Made by a program: the position numbers and the translations under genes
Origin: Phycisphaerales bacterium
GTDB taxonomy: Bacteria > Planctomycetota > Phycisphaerae > Phycisphaerales > UBA1924
Length of the DNA: 64,000 nucleotides
NCBI GenBank assembly: GCA_965227775.1
Contig: OZ245777.1
Span: forward strand, 1,184,001-1,248,000
Direction of reading: 5' to 3'
Part shown: in pieces, positions 58,157-64,000 of the stretch
How the letters are laid out: each line of letters begins with the position of its first letter
Position numbering within the stretch: position 1 is the first letter of the stretch
The notes under the pieces: model-generated
The model's input: the letters and a program-made list of their open reading frames with translations, nothing else
Database searches by the model: none
What the model was told of the DNA's origin: nothing

Positions 58157-58921
58157 ATGATGAACCCACGTGCTCGTATTGCGTGCTTGCTTGTGATGGC
58201 CGCCCCCGCGATGGCCGTTGCCGAGGAAACCGGCTTTGACGACTTTGCCTCGGGCTTCTTGGGGCGCGCCTTCGAGGACGGGGGCATCTTCTTCTCCGAA
58301 AACCTCTGGTTCCCCGGCGGTGGCCGAGTGCAGTTTGCCGCGACGAACGGCACGGGATCCATCAGCTCGTTCCCAGAGTTCAGCCCGGTCAACGTCATGA
58401 CCACAGGCTCGTGGTCGAGCGGCACTGTGCTTGGTTTCACGCGCACGCACCAGTGGATCGCCACCATCGGCGAGACCGCCAGCACCGCGCGCGTCGACGT
58501 CTTCTGGCTCGGCCGCCCGAACTGGGAGGGCACCGAGGTCTGCCTCGAGGGCCTCGTCGGCGATGACGTGGTTGTGAGCGACTGCTTCATCCATCCGGGC
58601 GCGACGCCCGACGACATCCAGCACACGCGGATGGAGATCGCCGGCACCGAGTTCGATCGCATACGCTTCATCTGCCGTGGCGGCACCGTGCCGGGCGAAC
58701 TCGACGGCATCCTCGCGGTGTTCGATAACGTTGCCATCGAGGCGGGCGAAGCCTGCCGGGCCGACATCGACGGCGACGGCGAGCTGACCATCTTCGACTT
58801 CCTGGGCTACCAGAACCTCTTCGATGCCGGCGATCTGCAGGCCGACTTCGACGGCGATGGCGAGTTGACCATCTTCGATTTCCTCGCCTTCCAGAACGAG
58901 TTCGACGCCGGCTGCGGGTAA
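58157..58921 (+). CDS. Secreted protein with GC-type dockerin-like anchor
   Basis: Signal peptide; C-terminal CRADIDGDGELTIFDFL...ADFDGDGELTIFDFLAFQNEFDAGCG. Confidence 0.82.
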   Translation: MMNPRARIACLLVMAAPAMAVAEETGFDDFASGFLGRAFEDGGIFFSENLWFPGGGRVQFAATNGTGSISSFPEFSPVNVMTTGSWSSGTVLGFTRTHQWIATIGETASTARVDVFWLGRPNWEGTEVCLEGLVGDDVVVSDCFIHPGATPDDIQHTRMEIAGTEFDRIRFICRGGTVPGELDGILAVFDNVAIEAGEACRADIDGDGELTIFDFLGYQNLFDAGDLQADFDGDGELTIFDFLAFQNEFDAGCG

Positions 58922-58937
58922 TGCCGATAGCACCGGC

Positions 58938-59558
58938 ATGAGCAACCCGGTCACCCTGATCGGCGGTGGAGGACACGCGAAGGTCGTGGCCGATGCCGCA
59001 CGCGCTGTGGGCGTCACGATTGCGGGCTTTGTTGACGACGACCCCGAAGCGCGCGTACCCGGACTCGAGCACCTCGGACCAATCGAGCGCGCTGGTGATG
59101 ATTGGCATCTGTGCATCGGTGATGTTGCTACGCGAGTTCGCGTGCTCGAGTCGCTCCTCGGCTTGGGCATCGTGATCGTGCACCCAGCCGCGATCGTCAG
59201 CCCGACGGCAACCCTGGAAGCAGGCGTGTTCGTCGGGCCTGGTGCCATTGTCAACGCTGACGCGCACATCGAGGCGAACGCGATCGTCAACAGCGGCGCG
59301 ATCATCGAGCACGATGCTCGCGTGGGTCATGCCAGCCACATCGCGCCCGGATCCGTCCTATGCGGCGCGGTGACGGTGGGGCGGTCGTGCCTCGTCGGAG
59401 CCGGAGCCGTCCTGATGCCGGGCGCTGAGGTCGGTGACCTCGCGACCATCGGTGCGGGCGCGGTCGTTAGGGGTGGGGTTCCGCCTCGGTGCGTTGCGGT
59501 TGGGGTGCCGGCCCAGGTTCTCGAGAACCGAGGTGGGCGGCGAGTACGTCCCGAATAG
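58938..59558 (+). CDS. NeuD/PglD-family sugar acetyltransferase
   Basis: 'IGGGGHAKVV', 'HPAAIVS', hexapeptide repeats, 'IIEHD', 'HIAPG', 'VGVPA'. Confidence 0.88.
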   Translation: MSNPVTLIGGGGHAKVVADAARAVGVTIAGFVDDDPEARVPGLEHLGPIERAGDDWHLCIGDVATRVRVLESLLGLGIVIVHPAAIVSPTATLEAGVFVGPGAIVNADAHIEANAIVNSGAIIEHDARVGHASHIAPGSVLCGAVTVGRSCLVGAGAVLMPGAEVGDLATIGAGAVVRGGVPPRCVAVGVPAQVLENRGGRRVRPE

Positions 59559-60705
59559 CCGACTCGAAGCGCGCCTCGCCAAAGCGCTGGGCGTTCTCAA
59601 CGCACGCTGCGGAGTCGCACGACACCGCCCTCTCCGCCGCGTCGGCCAGCGCTCGTACCGATCCGTCGCACAGCGCGCCCGTCACGCCGTCTTGCACGAT
59701 GTCGAGCGCTCCGCCCTCGCCGCGAGCCGCGATCGGTAGCCCGCAAGCCTGCGCCTCGACGGCCGTGATTCCGAAGTCCTCTACCTGCGGGAACAGCAAG
59801 ACCGTCGCGGTGCGCATCTCATCGCGCAGCGCCTCATCGCTGAGCTTGCCCATAAAGGTCACGTTTGATGGCGCTGCTCGCTCCAGATCGGCCCTCACGC
59901 TGCCGTCGCCGATGATGCGGAGCTGCGCCCCTGCCAGCTTCGCCGCCTCGATCGCCAAGTCGAAGCGCTTGTAGGGCTCGATGGCGCCAACCGCAAGCCA
60001 GTGCTCGCCGCGCGGTTCGTTGCCAGGCGTGAAGTACGTCGTCCGTGCCGGCGGATGGATGACCGTCGCCCCTCGGCCGTACGCCGCCTCGATCAGTTTC
60101 GCGACATGCGAGGAGTTCGCGATGAACGTGCTGACGTGCGCGGCGGTCGAGCGATCCCACGCACGCAGCGATTTGCCGAATACGCCCAGCCCGAGCCGTT
60201 GGAGCGTCCCGCCGTACTGGTCGGCCTGCGACCACAGGTACCTCGCCGGGCTATGGCAATAGCACACGTGCGGCACGCCGGGCGGCGGGCACAGCCCCTT
60301 GATCGCCGCCGAGCTCGTCGAGACCAGCAGGTCGATGCCGCGCCGGCGGTCCATCATCCGGAGGCGGTCGGTGAGCTGGCCAATGGCCGCCGGATACAGC
60401 GGCAGCATCCATCGCCGCACGCGAAGCGCGCCGGGCATTCGACCGATCGGCGCGACCTGCCGCGGCAACGCATCGAGCTCGGGCGTGAGCTGTCCGCCGT
60501 CGTCGAACATGGTGAGCAGGGCCTCGACGTGGCCGAGGCTCGAGGCCGCGCGGGCGACGTGGTGCAACACGCGCTCCCCGCCGCGCAGGCCCACCAGCCA
60601 GTCGTGGGCGAGCACGATGCGCGGGCGATCCCCCGATTCCGACGTCGGGGAATCCTCGCCCCCCCCAACGGGGTTTAGAGTGGATGATGACCCAGCCGCA
60701 TGCAT
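59467..60705 (-). CDS. Glycosyltransferase family 4 (GT-B)
   Basis: 'LAHDWLVGLRGGERV', 'CYCHSPARYLW', 'IANS', 'YKRFDLAI', 'EDFGITAVEAQACG'; start codon uncertain. Confidence 0.88.
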   Translation of the reverse strand: MHAAGSSSTLNPVGGGEDSPTSESGDRPRIVLAHDWLVGLRGGERVLHHVARAASSLGHVEALLTMFDDGGQLTPELDALPRQVAPIGRMPGALRVRRWMLPLYPAAIGQLTDRLRMMDRRRGIDLLVSTSSAAIKGLCPPPGVPHVCYCHSPARYLWSQADQYGGTLQRLGLGVFGKSLRAWDRSTAAHVSTFIANSSHVAKLIEAAYGRGATVIHPPARTTYFTPGNEPRGEHWLAVGAIEPYKRFDLAIEAAKLAGAQLRIIGDGSVRADLERAAPSNVTFMGKLSDEALRDEMRTATVLLFPQVEDFGITAVEAQACGLPIAARGEGGALDIVQDGVTGALCDGSVRALADAAERAVSCDSAACVENAQRFGEARFESAIRDVLAAHLGSREPGPAPQPQRTEAEPHP

Positions 60706-61805
60706 CCCAGACTGTAAGGGCGACCCCGGCCAACCTGCTCGGCCTCGACTACCAGGCCGAGGCCGCACGCTTCGGCCCGCCCGTCGTGCCGATCATCGAC
60801 AGCCACGCCCACATCAACGGTCCCAAGGCTGTGAAGGTCTACGAGCGTGCCATGGACGCGTACGGGGTGAAGCGCGTGTACTCGCAGACGCAGATGTCCC
60901 AGGCGGCGGCCATGCGTGACGCGCTGGGCGACAAGATCCGCTTCGTGGCCATCCCAGAATACATGGCCGACGACCGGCGCCGTGCGATGCGTGAGGGGTT
61001 CTTCGAGAACATGCGTCGGTTTCACAGCGAGTTCGGCTCTCGGATGATCAAGTTTTGGGCCGCCCCGCGGCTGCGCGACATGCTCGACCCAGTGGCCGAT
61101 TCCGACATCATCCGCATCGACAGCCCGCTTCGGCGAGACCTCGCCGCCGAGGCTGTCGAGCTGGGCTATATGTTCCAGGCCCACATCGCCGACCCGGATA
61201 CCTGGTTCGCTACCAAGTACGCCGACGCGAGCAAGTACGGCACCAAGCTCGAGCACTACGAGCCGCTGGAGCGAATGGCGGACGACTTCTCAGTCCCGTG
61301 GCTGGTCGCGCACATGGGTGGATGGCCCGAAGACCTCAACTTCCTCGACGGCCTGTTGACGCGTCACGCCAACATCCACCTCGACACCTCGGCGACGAAG
61401 TGGATGGTTCGCGAGCTCAGCAAGCACCCGCGCGACGAGTTCATCGCGTTCCTGGACAAGTGGCGCGGCCGCATCCTCTTCGGATCCGACATCGTGACGC
61501 TCGACGACCACTTCGAGACCAGCGACGACGCCAACAACCGCTTCGGTGCGCACCAGGCAAGCGGTGAGGCCGAGGCGTTCGACCTCTACGCCAGCCGCTA
61601 CTGGGCCCTGCGCACGCTCTGGGAGCGCGAGCACGACGGCCCGAGTCCGATCGCCGACCCCGATCTGGCGATGATCGACCCAGATAAGCACAACGCCATG
61701 AGCTCGCCGCCGCTGCAGGGTTTTGCCCTGCCGAAGAACTTACTCGAGGTCGTCTACGCCGGCGCCGCCGAGGCGTTGCTTGAGAAGTGGTGGGCCGAGC
61801 ACTGA
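60684..61805 (+). CDS. Amidohydrolase_2 family metal-dependent hydrolase
   Basis: 'IIDSHAH', 'IKFW', 'AHMGG', 'LDTSA', 'ILFGSD'. Confidence 0.82.
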   Translation: MMTQPHASQTVRATPANLLGLDYQAEAARFGPPVVPIIDSHAHINGPKAVKVYERAMDAYGVKRVYSQTQMSQAAAMRDALGDKIRFVAIPEYMADDRRRAMREGFFENMRRFHSEFGSRMIKFWAAPRLRDMLDPVADSDIIRIDSPLRRDLAAEAVELGYMFQAHIADPDTWFATKYADASKYGTKLEHYEPLERMADDFSVPWLVAHMGGWPEDLNFLDGLLTRHANIHLDTSATKWMVRELSKHPRDEFIAFLDKWRGRILFGSDIVTLDDHFETSDDANNRFGAHQASGEAEAFDLYASRYWALRTLWEREHDGPSPIADPDLAMIDPDKHNAMSSPPLQGFALPKNLLEVVYAGAAEALLEKWWAEH

Positions 61806-61809
61806 GCGG

Positions 61810-62745
61810 CTAGCGGAACGCCCAAGGCTCTCCGGGCGTGTACCCGAGCAGGTCGTAGAGTTCGCTGCGCGTCTGCATGTCTTCCAAGCTCGCTTCAACG
61901 CTTCCGTTCTCGGCGAGCCCTGCCAACAAGCGATCGACCGCCTTCATGGCGATGCGCAGCGTCGAGACCGGGAAGATCACGAAGTGGTAGCCCATCTGCG
62001 CGAAGCGTTCGTGCGGAATGATGGGCGTCTTGCCGAACTCGGTCATGTTCGCCAGCATGTAGGGCGACCGGCCGGCACCGTGGACCTCGACCGATCGCAT
62101 CGCGCCGGCGAACGCCTCGAACTCCCCCTCGTCCTTGAGCCCTTCGGGGAAGATCATGCTTGCGCCGGCCTGCGCGTAGCGGGTGGCGCGCCCGATGGCG
62201 TCGTCCATGCCGCTCACGCCGCGGGCGTCGGTGCGCGCGCAGACGATGAAATCAGGATCGCCGCTTTCGTGGGCGGCCTGCGCGGCCCACTCGATCTTGC
62301 TCACGGCTTGGTCGACCGGCAGCAGCGTCTTGCCGTCGAGATGCCCGCACCGCTTTGGGAACACCTGGTCTTCGAGGTGCAGCCCGGCCGCGCCGGCACG
62401 CTGGTACTCGATCACCGTGCGTCGGGTCATCTCCTCTTCGCCGAAGCCCGTGTCGGCGTCGGCGATGACCGGCAGCGCGGCCGCGCCTGCCCTGAGCCTC
62501 GACCCGTCGACGACCTCTCGCACGGTGGCCACGAATCGGTCCAGCGTCAGCAGGCCCACGTCGGGCACGCCCGCCGCGGCGCTGGTGGCCGCCCCGGAGA
62601 CGTACGCCGCCTCGAAGCCGTGCCGAGCGACGGCCCTTGCCGTCAGGCCGTTGAACGCTCCGGGTGCCATCACGCACTTGGCGTCCATAGCGGCTCTCAG
62701 GCGGGCGGCAGGGGAAGGAACGGTCGTTTGTCCGGATTTTGTCAT
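61810..62745 (-). CDS. prpB: Isocitrate lyase/PEP mutase family enzyme, probably 2-methylisocitrate lyase
   Basis: 'YVSGA', 'PDVGL', 'DADTGFG', 'EDQVFPKRCGH', 'ARTDA', 'IFPEG', 'ANMTEFGKTP'. Confidence 0.8.
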   Translation of the reverse strand: MTKSGQTTVPSPAARLRAAMDAKCVMAPGAFNGLTARAVARHGFEAAYVSGAATSAAAGVPDVGLLTLDRFVATVREVVDGSRLRAGAAALPVIADADTGFGEEEMTRRTVIEYQRAGAAGLHLEDQVFPKRCGHLDGKTLLPVDQAVSKIEWAAQAAHESGDPDFIVCARTDARGVSGMDDAIGRATRYAQAGASMIFPEGLKDEGEFEAFAGAMRSVEVHGAGRSPYMLANMTEFGKTPIIPHERFAQMGYHFVIFPVSTLRIAMKAVDRLLAGLAENGSVEASLEDMQTRSELYDLLGYTPGEPWAFR

Positions 62746-62886
62746 AGTTTCAGGCATTCTTGTATCGTAGGAATGCGGCATTTGCCGGCTGGCGCGATTT
62801 TTCCGGTTGGAGCCATATTGGACTGAATCGCGGTTTGCGGACGGTCGATGGACTTGGCGACAGGCCACGCCAGACCGGAGCACGCC

Positions 62887-64000
62887 ATGAGCAGCATCGA
62901 CGAACACACCACGATCGAAGACCCGTGCGACGGCGCTTGCGAGGGCTGCCGCTGCGAAGACGAAGCCATCGCTGGGCGCGTCGGCGTCACAGTGGAAGGC
63001 GAGTCAGAAGAGGTCGATGTCCTGACCAGGGGGCTCCTGAGCAGCTTCTCGCGGTTCATCGCGACTGGCGAAGACCAACTTGAAGACGAACTCGACATTG
63101 ACGCGATCGAAACCTCGTGCGAATCCACGGCCGAGTCCAGCGCTGCAGATCACCCAACCGCCGTTCCGGCGGGGCTTCCACGAGAGGAGCGGCCCGAAGG
63201 CGCGGCGCTCGATGAGGCCCTCGGACGCGTGGAGTCGGCGATGGCGGCGCTGGTCTCGGCCGTTCCAAGCCTGGAGGAACGCCTCACCGGCGTCGAAGCC
63301 CAGGTACAGGCGGGTGTTGATGGCGGCGATGGTGTGCCCGAGGGCATCGATCGCGACGCTGTCGCCGGAAAGCTGAAGGACCAGCTCGCCAGCGTGGATC
63401 GTGAGTGCAAGCGACTTGCAAGCGTGCCCATCGAACGCATCGAGGCCCGCGTCGCGTCAGCCGAGCGTTCGCTCGGCCGGCTCATCGAGCGAGCCGAGAC
63501 CGTGCTGGGCGCCTGCGAGGCCGAGCGTGAAGCCGCCGAGGGTGTTGCCGACCGGCTGACCCAGCTGGCAACGGCGCTCGAGCCCTGGACCGAGCTGCTC
63601 GACCTTCGCGAGAGCGAGGAGGGCATGCCCAAGCCCCTGGCAGCGCTCCTGCGAATCGCGGGCGCCGAGCTCTCTCGAGAGATGGCGGGTGTGCGCGGCA
63701 GCCTTCAGCAGTTTGCCGGCGTGCTCGATCTGACCCGCACCGAGCCGCCGACGCCGCAGACCCAGGGAGATGAGACCGCCGACGCCGAATTGGGCGACGG
63801 GGTGCAGGAGGGAGAAACCGTGGCGCCTCAGCAACCGGGCGAGGACGACTCGCGCAAGCGAAGCCGTCGAAAGAGTGGCAAGAAGCGCGCCGTGCGCGCC
63901 AAGGGTGCCGAAGCGGAGACCCCGCGCCGCGGCGCTTCGGAGCGTCGCTTGTCGGCCGAAGCACGGCTGCGGGCGCGCAGCCGGGCCGAGGGCCGGCCGC
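62887..64000 (+). CDS. Hypothetical acidic, probably coiled-coil protein (3'-truncated by window; absent from the ORF track)
   Basis: GGAG RBS at 62877; ATG 62887; frame read by hand and open to the window end (MSSIDEHTTIEDPCDGACEGCRCEDE...). Confidence 0.75.
   Translation, partial: MSSIDEHTTIEDPCDGACEGCRCEDEAIAGRVGVTVEGESEEVDVLTRGLLSSFSRFIATGEDQLEDELDIDAIETSCESTAESSAADHPTAVPAGLPREERPEGAALDEALGRVESAMAALVSAVPSLEERLTGVEAQVQAGVDGGDGVPEGIDRDAVAGKLKDQLASVDRECKRLASVPIERIEARVASAERSLGRLIERAETVLGACEAEREAAEGVADRLTQLATALEPWTELLDLRESEEGMPKPLAALLRIAGAELSREMAGVRGSLQQFAGVLDLTRTEPPTPQTQGDETADAELGDGVQEGETVAPQQPGEDDSRKRSRRKSGKKRAVRAKGAEAETPRRGASERRLSAEARLRARSRAEGRP

Overview
High-GC bacterial chromosomal window. 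It is probably from a Planctomycetota (Phycisphaerales-like) organism; this is inferred from four secreted proteins ending in a Cys-flanked 'GC-type' dockerin-like anchor and a PAP-type PEP-CTERM-like protein. Left to right: the 3' part of a tricorn-type S41 protease; a dockerin-anchored protein; a membrane protein; a DUF1800/DUF1501 pair; and a ~17 kb respiratory supercluster (divergent heme A synthase; alternative complex III actABCDEF; small membrane protein; SCO; type A2 caa3 oxidase subunits II-I-III-IV). Next come housekeeping genes (DUF389, thyX, a tandem paralog pair, TlpA, gpmA, tRNA-Arg). The ~16 kb RNA-repair locus that follows is the most unusual part. Its left arm reads: sigma-54 promoter, structured leader, rtcB, a hairpin-dense 313-nt spacer, a Bcs1-like membrane AAA ATPase coupled to rtcA, then tRNA-Arg. 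Its right arm reads: divergent rtcR, a SWIM/DUF5691/MoxR/DUF5682/vWA (Yeh-like) operon, a second rtcB, and an unknown conserved protein. After that: two FG-GAP propeller proteins, rlmN, a YwaF-like gene, cdaA/cdaR, Nfu-N, mutY, tRNA-Gln, surface proteins, an acetyltransferase, a GT4, an amidohydrolase, a PrpB-like lyase, and an acidic ORF running off the right edge. No integrase, transposase, CRISPR array or rRNA was seen. All family calls come from motif recognition by eye, not database searches.
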